Below, in pieces: positions 40,497 through 55,574 of a DNA stretch of 64,000 bases. The notes below the pieces were generated by a model. The model was not told the DNA's origin and did not search any database. It was given only the letters and a program-made list of their open reading frames with translations. Origin of the DNA: the human T2T-CHM13v2.0 reference genome, Homo sapiens; NCBI RefSeq assembly GCF_009914755.1, contig NC_060930.1. One strand, given 5' to 3'. Within the stretch, counting starts at the first letter, position 1. The number at the start of each line of letters is the position of its first letter. Position numbers and translations under genes: made by a program.

Positions 40497-40795
40497 GGCC
40501 AGGCTCGGTGGCTCATGCCTATAATCCTAACACTTTGGAAGGCCGAGGCGGGCAGATCACCTGAGGTCAGGAGTTCGAGACCAACCTGGCCAACAGAGCG
40601 AAACCTTGTCTCTACTAAAAATACAAAAATTAGCCAGGTGTGGTGGCAGGCGCCAGTAATCCCAGCTACTAGGGAGGCTGAGGCAGGAGAATCGTTTGAA
40701 CCCGGGGGTAAAGATTGCAGTGAGCCGAGATAGCACCGCTTCACTCCAGCCTAGTCAAAAGAGCGAGACTCTGTCTCAAAAAAAAAAAAAAAAAA
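40497..40795 (+). mobile_element. AluSx-like, full length
   Basis: ggccaggctcggtggctcatgcc...cagatcacctgaggtcaggagttcgagacc, polyA tail, TSD aagagtt(..)aagagga. Confidence 0.96.
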
Positions 40796-41004
40796 AAGAG
40801 TTGAGTAAGAGGAGGAAAAAAAAAAAGCAGAAAGTGAAAGAGTGAAAGGGCTTTACTAGCCCCAGTATCTTTTAGCTACTTCTCATCAACCACCCTCCAG
40901 GCATTCTAAAGCTGCTCATCCGATTCAGATTTATGGCTGGGTGCTGGTGAGTAGGTGTAATCTTTCCCTAATCTTTCCCTTCCTTTAGTACTTCAGTCAT
41001 TTTA

Positions 41005-41480
41005 TCCTTCATGCATTAATTCAATATGCCACTATGTAGCACTTTCTCTGGGCAAAGCAATCATTCTATTAGACATTGGGCCTGGAGAAGGGAAAGGTGA
41101 TTACCAGGATGGAAAAAAAAAAAAAAAAAAAGACACAAGGGTTTGTGGTTTGGTGGAAGAAACTTTATAAGGATACAGAAACATTACAATCGAGTTAGTG
41201 ATCATAAGTATTAGGGTTGCTGAAAGAGAAGAATGACTAGTTCTGCCTGGGTAATCGGGGACATTTTCCCAGAGGATTTGACACTCCAGTAAGTCTCTAA
41301 GGACAACGAGGTACTCCTCAGCCTAAAATAAACCATATTTCAGAGGGTCTGAGGCTTGCAGAAGCATGATGTGTTCTGGAAGCAATAGTTCCTTATGGCT
41401 GTAATAGAGGGAGTGTGGGTGAAGGCAGAAGACGTGGAGGAGGATGTGGGGCCGTTGAGAAATCATGTGCCCAAATAGGT
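41005..41480 (-). mobile_element. L2 3' fragment
   Basis: ttcatgcattaattcaa...ttctgcctgggtaatcgggg...agcatgatgtgttctggaagc. Confidence 0.55.
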
Positions 41481-44400
41481 TTAATATGTCTCTTTCATCT
41501 CTCTTCTCCTCCCACCATCCTCCCTAGTGTGACTAAATGAGAGATACTTGGAAGTTCCTGTTTCTGGTTCCGGGGAAGGCAGAGAATCCATGCAGCATGG
41601 AGAACGGCCTGGGGTGACCTGAGCATCTGGAAGGTCCATTTTCAGTCTCCAGGCTGGGACTGCTGAGTGGCTAGTGGTGTCACTAAGTTACTAAAGAGGA
41701 TAGGGGTCTGTTATTGGATTTTCTCATGTCATAGCTAATAGTGTCAGTAAAACATAAAACATAACTTAGACACTACTGTTAGATGTACTTTTTTAAGTTG
41801 CTTTATTGAAAATTGCATGTATACTGCATTGGTATAGATGGCCAGACCTGTATGCATGTGTGTGTGTGTATGTTTGTCACCTTTTTTAGCCTGTAAAGGG
41901 TCACAAACCCTGAAGAACAAGCATGCTTTTCTAATATTCTTAGTTGTACCTATATCTGTGTATTCAGAACAAGAGTACGGTGTGGGCTTTTTGTGCCCAT
42001 GGAAGTGTCAAACCAGGTATCAATGGCCCAGGAAATGCTGAGAATCTCACAAGACATGGCCAGTTATTTATTCTCTGGTGACAGAGTGTGGAAAGGGATC
42101 AGCTTTCCTCTAGCCAGTCTTAGTCTCTGCTCAGGCGGAGAGTTGCAGTATGGTTGAAACAAATACTCTTTTCTCATATATTCCACTCTAGCTTGTGCAA
42201 AATCCTTCTATCTGGCAGAAAGAGACAGAGAATTCTTTGCTCGTGTTTTCCTGGGACTCACCCCAGTAACACTCCCTGGAAACTTTATCTGCCAGGCCAT
42301 ATAAGAACACCGAATAGCTTAGCAGAAAAGGAAACTGATATGAAAAGTGGACAAGAAATTACCCAAAAAGGTCTTATTTGAATCCAAGCACCAAAAAATG
42401 CAGAAATGCACAATTAACTGATTTCCTAATATATTAGGAAGTAACTCAGTCTCTGGCTACCTAAAATTGAGTTATACTAGGAGAAAAATAATATCAACAC
42501 TTAGTTTGCATAATGTGATGTGCTTATTAAGGAAGTCTACTGGATAGTGATGCTACACAAAATAAAATGTCCACATTTCAACATGATCTGCTTTTAAGTT
42601 ACAGAAACTAAAACTCAATATACTTTCTGTTGGCATCTTATAAAAAAGTTCTTACAGAACCTTAGCCTAATAGGTCAGTACCAGCAGCACCAATTTTGTG
42701 CAGTTCTCCTGAAAGCTTTCAGCAGTAAATCTCTAAAAATGTCCACTTAAGCAGTAGAGGTCATAAATATTTCACAAGAGCAATAAAACAGAACAGAATT
42801 TTGGAAGTTATAATTTTAGTGGATATAACTGCACTTTATAAAAGGAAGACCTCTGGGACCCAGAATAAATGCAAAACTCTGTCTGACTGAACTGCAGTAC
42901 TAACCCATCTGCAAGTGGTAAATTATCCCCAGTCCCAGGTGTGGTGCATTATACTCAGGGTGTCCAGTGATTAAAGGTGAGAACGTGGCCAAAATCCAAG
43001 GGAGCACTGAACATTAATGATGGCTGGAAATCATCAACAATTTCTCTGGAAGTTTGATTATTTTCTATTTGTTCACATTAGTCAGGCCCAAGATTCAACA
43101 GATTGTCTATGATCAGTTCCTGGTGTGTACAGATACACCAGTGAAAGAAGCCCAGAGGCTCTTTGTTTGACCCGGAAGGAGTTCACAGAGAAAAATAAAG
43201 TGATAATCCTGTTACCGATAATCCCTCAGGCTGCCAGAAAGACAGACATTTACTGAAGCCTTTATATTAAAATTCAACTGATGATTGCAAAGCAACATAA
43301 AAATGTCCTTACATTTGTGCTTTCCCTGATACATCACTTGTTCTGTTTAGTACGCATTTGCATAAAGGTTCTTTTACATTTAAATCTGTATCTGAGTGTT
43401 AGAAACTCCCCAAGTGCCAAGGTTAAGCTTAATTTGATTTCCTAAACTCTCCCACCATCCCACCTCCCCATACACTCATGTGTACATAAAGAGCTCTGTG
43501 GATTTTAAATGCGAGTGACTATTATTTCACAGTTACATCCATAGTTTTTGTTAACATCTTTTATACTTTCCACCAAGTTCTTCAATTGTCTGTCCACTTG
43601 GCCCCAAACTAATTTTAATTGGCGTAGTCTAGAAAACTCATAATTACAATATTGAATGAGGGTAGCAGGAATAGAAAAGTTACATCTGAAGAGCAGATGA
43701 AAAAAATGTTCATGCAAGGCGGCCCAAGCTTCTGATTTTTAATCAACATTTGATTGTAAACTATTAAAATGCCAAATCACTTGGCAATATTGTGCTATGT
43801 CTTCACAGCTTAAAATAGTCACTGTGAAATTGTCATTCCATCCCAGTTTTCTCATATGAAAATAATAACACATTGTACCTTTTGCTGTTGTTTCTAATGT
43901 TTTGGTTTTTATTATTGTGTAACTGAAATGTCAGCCTCTTGCATCTAAGGGTCACCTTCTAGTTTATTTGGAAAATAAAGGGTAAGAAAGTTTGTCTCGT
44001 GTCTCCTCCTGAGTCATTGACTTGGCAGTGCTGCCCATGTCATGTGTTCCACTCTGCCTTGCTTTCAGCATGGCCTTTGGTCACGACTCTGTTCACTGCT
44101 GTTTATGACCTGGGCTTGGGTCTTCCCTGGTGGTATAGCACTAGTACCGGAAGGGCCACACTTTCTATCACTGACCTGTCACTTTGCTCCCATTAATACT
44201 CAACCACAAAGTTTATGTGTTATGGATTCTGCTGCAGTTTTGGAGACTGTTCCAAGTAAAATGCTCTAGGAAAAAAAAAAAACTTGCTGAATACTCTCAT
44301 GGGTTGGTTTTACCCATGGCCTTTTTTCAATCTGGGCACTTCTGGGATACAGTGATCATTCCACAGGGCCTTTCCCAAAGACTGAGATAGAGAATCCAAG

Positions 44401-44544
44401 GCAAGTCTATAAGAGCAGGGAGTGGGAGTTGGATTTGGAAGGAGAGGGGCCTGCAGAAAATAGCCTATAATGGGTTCTGCAGCTTAAAGTCTGATTACCA
44501 TCTAGGCCCCTCAGCCCGTGTGAAGAGAAGCCAGCCTAGGTTAC

Positions 44545-44811
44545 TGGGTGGATGTGTGTTGTTTTTGCACACCCAGAATTATTCTCCTTATACTTGTGAT
44601 AGTGACTTGAATTTCCTTGGATATCAGCCCTATATATTTCCATTCCTTGTGGTTTAGGTGGGGCTGGCCCAACCCCTGGACTCAGAGGTGAGCTCATGAC
44701 CCAGATCTGGACAATTGGTATTGTGTTCTGGCCATGATGATTGGTTAATCACTCTTTAATCTAAGTAATCCCAGGAATTTTTTTTTTGGAGCAACTAGAA
44801 AAGACAGGTTG

Positions 44812-44844
<33 letters not shown>

Positions 44845-45134
44845 TGTGTGTCTGTGTGTGTCTGTCCTAAGACAGCTAGCAGAGAGGATGAAGTGAGTCT
44901 GAACTGCCATCAGGCACCATAAAAGCATAAAAATGAGGACAACCGAGAGGAAAGCAGGGCTGAAGTGTGAAGACAGACTGGCTCTAATGATGGAATTTGA
45001 GACCCTTGGATCCAGCCATGATCAAAGCTGGTACTGCTGAAATTTTCAGTGTGAGAGCAAAGTATTTTTTTTTCCACATTAGCCAATTTGAATTGATTTC
45101 CTGTCACTCACAATCCAAAGGTTCCTGAATGATA
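44545..45134 (+). mobile_element. Old MaLR LTR (MLT1J/K-like) containing a (TG)n tract
   Basis: gctcatgacccagatctgg...tttgagacccttggatccagccatg...tttcctgtcactcacaatccaaaggttcctgaatgata. Confidence 0.75.
44814..44866. repeat. (GT)15 with degenerate extension
   Basis: Pure GT at 44814-44843. Confidence 0.95.
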
Positions 45135-46356
45135 TATTTTGGAATTTTTTCCTATTTACACAAGTTATATGGATACTCACTGACACACACACACAGAGAC
45201 ACACACACCTCCCAAGGACAAACAATAATCTCAAAAATATTGCAACCTAGGTCCATAGCAGGAGAGAGAAGCACTTTTTTGTGAATATAATATGCACCAA
45301 TATCTGTGAACAATGTCTATAGCAGTTTATATTATTATATAAAACATTTCCATTTCCATGTCTTCTTTCCAGACAATAATGCCAACCCTTAGTGAAGCAA
45401 AAGAAATTGGATCCATTAAAGTCCCATGACAAATAACAAAATTACATATTTTTTTTAGTTATATAAAAGTTAGCTGGAATCAAAGTCAAAATTTTTGAAA
45501 TTCAAGGTCAAATTATTAGGCAGGCATCCATCTCCCTAACTCATTATATCTTCGGAAGCAGGAGGTCACAGTATAGGATTTATTTCCCTCTTCAAATTCC
45601 TAAGATAAAGGAATGAGGGAGAGGCAGGACAGAAGACTAGTTCTTCCAGTAACATTTGAACTTAGGCAACTTTAACCAATGTTTATAAAGAAGACAAAAT
45701 CTATTTACATTTTTCCAAATTCTTTATAATCTTTCTCAATTACACATACATTCATCTCCATTTATGAGAGAAGAGTGGTTTATATTAGATAGAAATAGAT
45801 CAATGGAGAGAAGGAAGGTTGAGAAATCAGTGCACCACTCTAGAACAGATAGGGTTTGCTGAGATATCTTTCTCATTGTGTTGAAGATATGATTTAAGTC
45901 GTTAAGCTCAACTTGAATGTAAAAGATTTCCAAACTTTCTTATACTAAGAAAGGGTGACTATTTGTCCAAAGACTAAATATTTTAGTAAATCAGAGTTTG
46001 GTTGCCTATACATCTATTAACTTGTTCTTGGTGTACTGTGTTGTGTGTGTGTGTAGTGAAAAGGGGTAATGAAGGCAGAGGAGGGGAGGTAAGAGCCTTT
46101 ATTTTCTTCATTTATTCTATCTCCCTTAAGAAGGAGAATTAAGTAGTAAACCAGAGATGGAATTCCAGTTTGGGTGTCAGAAATTATTCCTATTCCAAAA
46201 GACTTCAGTCTGTGTTTCACATTCATATGATACTGAATATCATGGCGTTCTTCTCATGATCAGTGATGGTCAAGTACGACCCTTACTTGCAGGATACTGG
46301 CATCGGTAATGAAATTTGTTTAGCTCATCAATAGTTAGTTGGTTCTCAGCCCAGTG

Positions 46357-46556
46357 CATATTTTGACTCAATTTATATACATTGAGTCAAAATATGTTTA
46401 TAAACAACTAAACTAAATATATATGTTTTATATATGTATTTAGTTATATATGTTATATATATTTTATATACATATTTGGTTAGCATATAAATATTAGTTT
46501 AATATAGTTTAACATATAAACTTATATATATTTAGTTTAGTTGGTTTTAAAATATA
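46357..46556. repeat. AT-rich tandem fold-back structure (40-bp palindrome plus a longer inverted repeat)
   Basis: catattttgactcaat/attgagtcaaaatatg (46357-72, 46381-96); caactaaactaaatatatat/atatatatttagtttagttg (46405-24, 46524-43). Confidence 0.9.
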
Positions 46557-47079
46557 CATATCAAAGTATTGAGGTCAGGAGCAAAGATTTTTGTGCCTTC
46601 TTAAATATGCTCTGCTTTCTGGCAGTCCATTCCAGCAATTCCTTTTAGCCAGTGTAAAGTTGATATAACACTTCTAATTCCATCAGGGCAGAGCATGATA
46701 GTTATTTACTTATCTTAGGCATTTTTTAACTGCCAGGATATCTTAATCTCTGGGAGATTATTGACTTTAGCCCAATCTGTGATACTTTTCTTTGGGATGA
46801 AAACCCTTCCCCTTTTCTTTCCCCTTCCCAGCTAAGCAGATCTGTTCCACTCCCGTGAGTTGCTATCTGTTTGGTTTGACTGCTCACTGAGGACTATTTG
46901 TTTACTCTCTAGGCCTCTCCTCTTATAATAGAGCCTGTTATTGATCAGTCAACTTTACCTCCCAGAGTAAAATCCAAAGTCTTTAGCATGGTACTTGAGA
47001 ATCTCCTTGATTTTGAATCCCTTCTTTTTATTAGATTGAACCATCTATAGTTCCTACTCAAGCAGACTTCCATGTATCT

Positions 47080-47520
47080 GGTTTTAAATGTTGAGAAAAT
47101 TCTCTATTCATATAACATCATATACAATATGTGATCCTGTTGGCTTTTTAATCAGTGATTGACATGTTTATTATTTTTCTTGTGAATGCATTAGAGTTTG
47201 CTAATGGTTTTCTTCATGTTATACGAGTCTGTTTCTTAGAACAAATCCTGTATCTTCACAGTGGATAATTATTTCAACAAGATGTGTTCTATTTTAAAAT
47301 TTTATATATAATTTTCCAAAAATACTCATAAATGAAGCTAAATTATATAATTTTTTGGACTTTCTGAGTTTGGGTACCAAAATTGAATGTTTCATAAAAT
47401 GAATAAGATAATAATTTTTAAATTAATGCATCACTTTGGTAATTTTATATTTTTGTTGGAGAATTTCTTCCGTATATATAATTGTTACATTTATTCACCT
47501 ATTTTCTATTAAAAAGAATA
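47080..47520 (-). mobile_element. Old L1M ORF2 fragment
   Basis: T-rich; tcttagaacaaatcctgtatcttcacagtggataatt...tttgggtaccaaaattg...tcataaaatgaat. Confidence 0.55.
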
Positions 47521-47573
47521 AGATTTCCTTTGCCCCAATGTCTGGTTGGCAGATCCATCTAAAAAGAATATTT

Positions 47574-47795
47574 CTCAGTGGTTAAGAGCATAAACTCCTG
47601 AAGCCAGACTTCCTGCCATATTAGTGTCTTCTTAGCTAAGTATTCAACCTTTCTGTGTCCCAGCTTCCTTATCTTTAAAATGGAGATGATGATGATAATA
47701 ATATTACAAATATTGCAAAGTTGCTATAAAGATTAAATGTGTTACTATATAGAGAGCACTTACAAACACCTAGGAGGAGAAAGTGCAGCTATTTC
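47574..47795 (+). mobile_element. MIR SINE
   Basis: cagtggttaagagcataaactc...cccagcttccttatctttaaaatggagatga...aagattaaatg. Confidence 0.8.
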
Positions 47796-47799
47796 TTAT

Positions 47800-48725
47800 C
47801 TACTGGTTGCTTAGTAAGCACTTCAAACTTAAAAGGTCTAAAACAGAATTTTGATCTACAATTGATCTCAACCTGCTCCTTCTATAATCTCCTTCTCAGT
47901 AAAACGTACCATATTTTCACAAAGTTGCTTAGTCCAAGAAACCACTAGCTATCAGTGATTCCTCTCTTTCCCTCATCTCTCACATCTAATTCATCAGAAA
48001 GTCTTAGCTGCTCTGAATTTTAAAATATCTTCTAAATTAGACAATTTCTCACTATTTGCATAATTGCTGTCCAAGTCTACAGTGCTATCACCTTTACTAT
48101 TCTCATGGCCTCTTTAATGATCTCTCTGGTCCCACTCCTATGCCACTTCATTTCATTCTCCAAAGAGAAGCCAGTATCTCCTCCTTAAAAAAATTAGATT
48201 GAATTATCTTCCTGCTAAAACTTAGTTTTGAGACTTCCTCTAACATTTAAAAGAAAACCCGAATTCTTTATTCTAATCTGAAAGTCCTGGATACCCTGGC
48301 CCCGTATCACCCAACCTCATTTCTTATCAGGTCCTGACAGTGGGTGTCTTCAAATACATGAAGCTGATTTCTACCTTAATCCTTAGGGTTTGCTATTTGG
48401 TCTGCCTGGAATGCTTTTCCCCAAGATCTCGAATCGCTGTTTCCTTCTTTTTGTTTTCATCTGTACTTAAGTGTGATCTCAGAGAGGTCTCCCCTGATCT
48501 TTCATTCTAAAATAGTCCTCTAATTATTTATTCTGTTTATTTTCCTCATAGCACCTCTTACTTTGATCTGAAAGTACATTATTTGTTTATTATCTACATG
48601 ATTATGGTCTTTTTCTCCCCTAGAGACATAGGGACAGGGGTTCAATCTTTTCGTTTTCAACACTGAAACACTCAGTGCCCATAACAATGCACAGAGGTTC
48701 TCAATCAATATTTACTCAATCAGTC
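47800..48725 (+). mobile_element. L2a 3' ~0.9 kb
   Basis: cttcaaacttaaaaggtctaaaacagaa...tctgcctggaatgcttttcccc...cctcatagcacctcttac...cagtgcccataaca. Confidence 0.85.
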
Positions 48726-50109
48726 ATTATTTAACAAATACTTCCAATAGCTACTTTTTCCTTTACAGCTACTCACTCCACCCATCCCATGGTGGATGGG
48801 ATCAGGCCTTTGTTCTCCAGGGAACGCCCTTGTCTTTTCCTAGATTGAGACTTCCACCTGGTTTTAAATGCCTTTTAGCAGAACTGATCCAGGTTTATTC
48901 AGCACTTCAAGATTGAGTAAAAAGTAAACAAAGACCACCAGGCTGTCAATGTCTGGCATGATGCCATCACCACATTAAAGAAAAGAAAAAGGATTTGAGG
49001 TGAAACCTTAACTTTATCCATATTCTTATCCAATAGAAAAGACTATGGAAAAAAAAAATGCAGTGAGAATTGTATTTGGAAGCAATGAGACAGAAGGTAT
49101 AAACAAAAGAAGAATTGTGTTCCAGAAAATATACCCAGGCATTCTAAAAATATCTGGGTCTGAGAATTTAAAAATACCAAAACACAGACTTCTCTGTCCA
49201 CACAACAGGCTACAACATTGTAAATATCTTACTAGGTTCATATTTGCAGTGGCAGGAGAAGGAAGTGTTACGCTGATGTGTTACAATGCAATATCAAAAG
49301 GACCACGTAAACAAAATCCATTTGCCGCCCTTTCAAAAAAAAAAAAATAAATAAGAAAAGAATCTTACCTGAAGCCACTCATGAAAATTATCAGAATCCA
49401 ATTTACTGTTTGCATCAGGCTGCTTTTCAACCCCTGTTGCTAGATATTCAAGACCCTTCTCTCATATTCTCCTCCTTTCTTCTTTTCTTGTTCACTCTTC
49501 ATTCCTGAGTCCTCCCTTCATCCTGCCACCATTATGTGCCCAGGGCAAAGCTAAATTCAAACTAATAAATGTACCCTATATCCACATTTCCCTTTGAGTG
49601 GAGTAGCTTCAAGACCAACTCCAATTACCGCTTCTATCCTTATTGTTAATACTAGTGCGCTATCACAGCATAATTTTGATGCCTTTATACACGGTGGGCA
49701 TGGAATACCAAGAATCCACAAATTAAATGCCCAGCATTTAAGGCTTTTCATCTTTTTCTACAACTCAATTTAATCACATTCCATTAAATGGTAGAAAATT
49801 CACTCAACATTACTCCAGACAAACTTGACAATTTTGGGCTAAATTGATGAAGTTTTTGTAAGGACTAAATTTAGAAATGTGCTTCAAAACTCTTTGTAGA
49901 ACAAGAAGCTACTTAAATTTTTCCATATAAAGAAGAGGTTATCTTCCTCTTCTTTCCATATATCTTCCATATAAAGACAAACTACTCATTGTAATTTTTC
50001 CCTGACTTATTCAGTTTACAGTATATGTTGAGAGGCAGTAGTTTATGCAGTAAGGAGGAGGGAAATGGGATTAAAAATAGGTCACGGACAATCTTATTTC
50101 TGCTAAAAT

Positions 50110-50250
50110 TCCACATGTTTTATGTCTTTTAACCCTCACCCAAAAATCTTGGGATATAGGTCTGCATTTTAGGTATGAAGAGGTTCAGGCTCAAGAAAGT
50201 TGAGAAACTGACCAAAGGTACAGAGCTAATAAATAGCAACCCAGGGTCTC
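50110..50250 (-). mobile_element. MIR fragment
   Basis: tttaaccctcac...catttt...ggctcaagaaagttgagaaactgaccaaaggtacagagctaataaatagc. Confidence 0.65.
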
Positions 50251-51174
50251 CACTTTTATACTTTTATCATAGCATTTATTCATTAGGTATATTTTGTGGC
50301 TTTTATTCAAATCTGAATTTCTTTTAAGTCCTTTGTACAACTTAGAGTGGGGGAAAGAGTTGGAGTAGAAAAATGTTATTAATCACTGAAAATAAATAAA
50401 AACATTCAGAAGCTTGAACTGAGTTGGTGTCTGAAATATTGGGCACACAGAAAACCTAGAGTAGATTTAAGCTCTATAATAATATATGTGAGCAGTGGAG
50501 TTACAAAATTTCCTAGTTGATATTTACATTGCACTTATCACTAGTCTAAGTGAGAGATTTATTCAACATAAACATGCACTAACTCTTATCCCCACAATAT
50601 GGATGAGAAAACCAGAACATATGAGTATTGAGTAATATTCTTAAGTCAGCCTCTGGTCATCTGCTGTATACTATAATAAATCTGAAAACTCAAAATTAAT
50701 ATTTTGTCTCCTCCATGAAAATGGACTGAGAAATATAACTTTCTTGATTGTTTCCCCCACAGAATTTCTGTCCTACTGATAGGTGCAGGATGTGTGAGTA
50801 AGCGTGAAGGTAAAGTTTAAATATCTTGCACCTCAAATATATTTCTCATATATTTTTAGGTTTATAAATACAACCAACATTGGAATCTCCAAATGACAAA
50901 TTTATCAATATATTAATTCTGGGGATGCAAAAAAAGGTGTTGAATATGTGGCTAAGCTTCATAATAAAGAACGAATCATTTTAATTTTTTAATAAAAAGT
51001 CATTTGAATAAATACATATACATCTATGTTGGTCTATATCCATGTGTAAAATACGGCATTAAAGTAGTTCCTAAATGAGGACAAAGATCTAAAGTGTTTT
51101 GAGAGTCAAGAAATTCTTCGATTGAATTACAAAGAAGAAAGAGGCCCCACAAGAAATATTTCTCGCTGATATTA

Positions 51175-51498
<324 letters not shown>

Positions 51499-53153
51499 AA
51501 AAAATGTATACACACAACTAAGCCTCCTTTTGTTACCAGTTGTTTTATTTAACTCACTTCCCCTACCATGAAGATAGAATTGGTTCACAACAAAGAGCAG
51601 AGAAGAGGTGTCGAAAATCAATCATTTTGCCTGTTGCCAAAATAATAAAGTCAACTCTAGGACAAGATTAATTCCTTACACAAAGTTGCCTGCTTTATAT
51701 AACACTAGATAGCCTCCAATAGTTGGCATTATACACATACTGATAATGGAAATGATATGGAAGAATACCAATAGATCTAGATACTGTAACAAAAAGACAA
51801 ATCTACAGCTACAAAACTATGGTTTAATATAAAAATAATTGACTTTAAAAGGGCAGTTTTGTCTTTAAAACACATACTATTTTAGAGCATTCACCTCCCT
51901 TTACAGAAATTTCATTTGCATCAATGTCTGTTTCTCTCCATGGACCTTTTTAATGGCTTGCATTATGGCTTATTTATTTTCAACCCTTTGATTTCCAATA
52001 AATTGTTTGCCACCAATTTGCAACCATAAAATGCACTGAATGAGTATATGAATGAATACCTACATTTGTAAATCCAAGAAGTATTTTCCTCCTTTTTCTG
52101 GTAAAAAATATTTGGGCATTTCTGAATCATATTCTGAGTTTCTTATTATTTTAACTAACATGTACAAGAATTGCTACTATTATTTTTGTATGAAAATATT
52201 GTAAGTAGTTGATAAAACAAAAGAGAAATGCCTAAAGTTATTTTAAATAAATCAAATATGATAGAAAGCATTTGTGTTACAGAAAAGGGGAAAAAATTAA
52301 GACTTTATATTGAACTTACCTCCCCACCCTCAGCACAACCACATGAACCCATGAATTTACTGTAGTATAGTTTTCTACTCTCAAAAAAACATAAGTTAGT
52401 CAAGGATAAGAGAACTGACCTTCAGTTTCATGTTTGTGGACTTAATTGCTATAAGGAATCAGAATATATTTTCTGTGGCACAATATTTTCATAGTGAAGC
52501 AGCCGCAATACCACTAATGCAGAGCACAAGCTCCAAGCATTCTGGACCTTCCAGGCATTTTTGTGGCTTGGCATTGATGAATGCAGGTGAGATATAGGTT
52601 GCAGTTAGGATCAAATTACAACAAACACTGCCTCTTCCAAAAATATGAGTTGCTTAAACAACTTCCCTATTACCTTGGGAGAGGATGCCTGTCCATCAAC
52701 AGCTGGGACTTTAGAGCAAGTTCTCACAATTGTATCTTTTCAGTGAGCACAAAATCTGAGCCCAGTCAAAATAAAAACAATAATAAATGACCCTTCCCTC
52801 ACATTTCCACAACAACCTTGTGTGGTGAACAATGTGACTTCCTTCTATCTTTTCTTCTCCTTCTCTATTCTGAATGGTATACTTTTACCTGCAACGAATT
52901 GAATTTATGTATAAGATTATTTCTTAATTTCAGAAATGAGTGAAAAAAAAGGAATAAGACCAGTACACACATGTATCTTATAGAAATATTCTCATTACTT
53001 TCCAGATCAGCCTAACAATGACATTTACCTCTTACAGAATCCCCTAATACATAGGCCATCATTTATAAGAATGCAATCTGTTCTTTTCTTATATTTTTTC
53101 CACTAATTTCTTCCTAGCTTGGTTATATCAAATAACAACATAATATAGCTTAG

Positions 53154-53504
<351 letters not shown>

Positions 53505-55574
53505 TAGTTATTAATATGTCATTAACATAAGATATTCCTTCTTAAGGTTAAAAAATGTATAGCCTCTGATTTTTTCACACTCATATTATTTTAATTTGTT
53601 TTCCTGGTATAATAAACATGAGCTATTTCCTATAGTTCTCCATTGCTGTTGACTATATTCATACTATATCTCCAGTTATTCTTTGTGATTGATTGTCTAA
53701 GATGAAATTTATTTTTTGAAATACAGTGACTTTTCTGAAGTCGATAGATCTTTACATTCACCACTTCTTATGTGGGTTGATTTCTCAGTATTTTGAGAAT
53801 ATGTCTTGAGAATAAGTACTTATGTGGTTTTTGACACAGCAACTAAGACTTGTTGCATTTCACACAATGAACCAAATATTGTGGGGTCCAACACTTGGAT
53901 CCATATTGTACTAAACACAGCTCTGATTTATAAAAGAAAGACTTTAAAACATCCAGAAAACAATACTAAAAATTTTAGATTATTCTTACAGAATGAAGTC
54001 CTCATACATCATCAATCATTTTCCTTTGTTTCACTTCTCTGTGATGTTTCTTCTTACCACTCTCAACAAACTCCCTGTGGATATTTTGACCTTAAGACAA
54101 CTACCACCATTCTTATAGCTACACAAAAAGGCATTTATTACAGTCAGATCAATGCAAAACTGATGTAGTTAAGCCATTTTCTGATTATCTCCCTCTCCAA
54201 TACATCTCTGATGAATGCTTTCCACTAACTCAAACATTCCAACCAATTTGTGTTTGGTTCTTTTGTTTTGTTTTGACAAGGACAAATTGAATTTCTCATT
54301 GCCCAGGAACATACTTGCAACCACCATAATTATTTATATGTGCATTGGTAGAAATTTCAGCCCTTCAGAACATTTTTTAGTCATAGAAGACTGCTCATGT
54401 TGGAAACAACAGAAAGTTACCACATAGTACAAATTCAGCCTTTGTATGGAATATTTCCATTAGCAATGTTAAAGATGGTGAGAATTTGCTGTTAATCAAA
54501 TAGGAAATGTCAATAAAATGGGACAGGCTGGGGATTAGACAATGAAACAGGCTTCTAACTTCTACATCATTTATGTGGCCCTATGAAGTCTGACGGAACC
54601 ATAATGATTCATCGCCTCCTGGTATTAGAACCAAGCACTTGGGTTCTGAAGTTAGGAAAGAGTCTGGGTAGCTCAGACATAGTTTTGACAATGCCAAAAC
54701 AAGCTTGGAAAGGGAAGCAGTCAGTCTAACCAATGATTTGGCAGCATAAAAACCCAACAAGTATGTTAATTGATGTTTATTTTAATATCGAATGTAGTCA
54801 AATCCTTTTTATGTAAAACCAATCCATTTAAGTAGACACCCTCTGAAGAAGAATAATTGAGCAACATGGGTCAAAGTATCAACTGAGCTGTTCTTGAAAA
54901 GTAACAAAAAGAGGCTGAAACTTTTTGATGAGGTTTTAAAATGAAAGACAAGGGAGATGTATATGAAAACTATTAATCCCTTTAGATTGCGTATGCCAGC
55001 ATTAGTCAACATTTGGAGAGTAAAAAAAAAAATCTCACCAAATTTTAGTGCTCAAAGGCTATAAAATATGAATGTGTTAGTTAAATATTTGCAAAAGGCC
55101 TTTAAAATATTAAAATATTAACATTTTAATTCAACAAAGAGGGTCCTTAGAGTTATGAAATGTTATGCACTACAATTCCAATCTTTGATTTGGGGAATTT
55201 ATCTACATTAAAATATACTTTGAACAAACCTGCTTTTTCTCTTATAACTGTTTCTGGTTTTACTTTTGCTGACTGTGCTAACATGTTGCAAGATATATTC
55301 TTTCAATTGATAAAATCATGATATGTATAGGCACCTTACTAATTCCTAAGCACATCCATTACACTCAAAACCAAAGAACCACATTATGCTTGATACGTGA
55401 CTAGTTATGGCTTATTCTACTGTGAGTCCTACTAATCAGTGCTTCCTGGTCAAACAAGGTAAAAGTTTCACATCAGAAAATACATAACATAAATATAACA
55501 TAAAGTCACATATCAGAAAACACAAATCAAGGTTAGTAATACTTTCACTTAACTAGGACAATAATAATGTAATA

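Noticed and set aside
55461-55530. Short imperfect direct repeats (also at ~2162-2210 and ~57146-57190)
   Set aside because: A-rich, low-complexity slippage products with no further structure.
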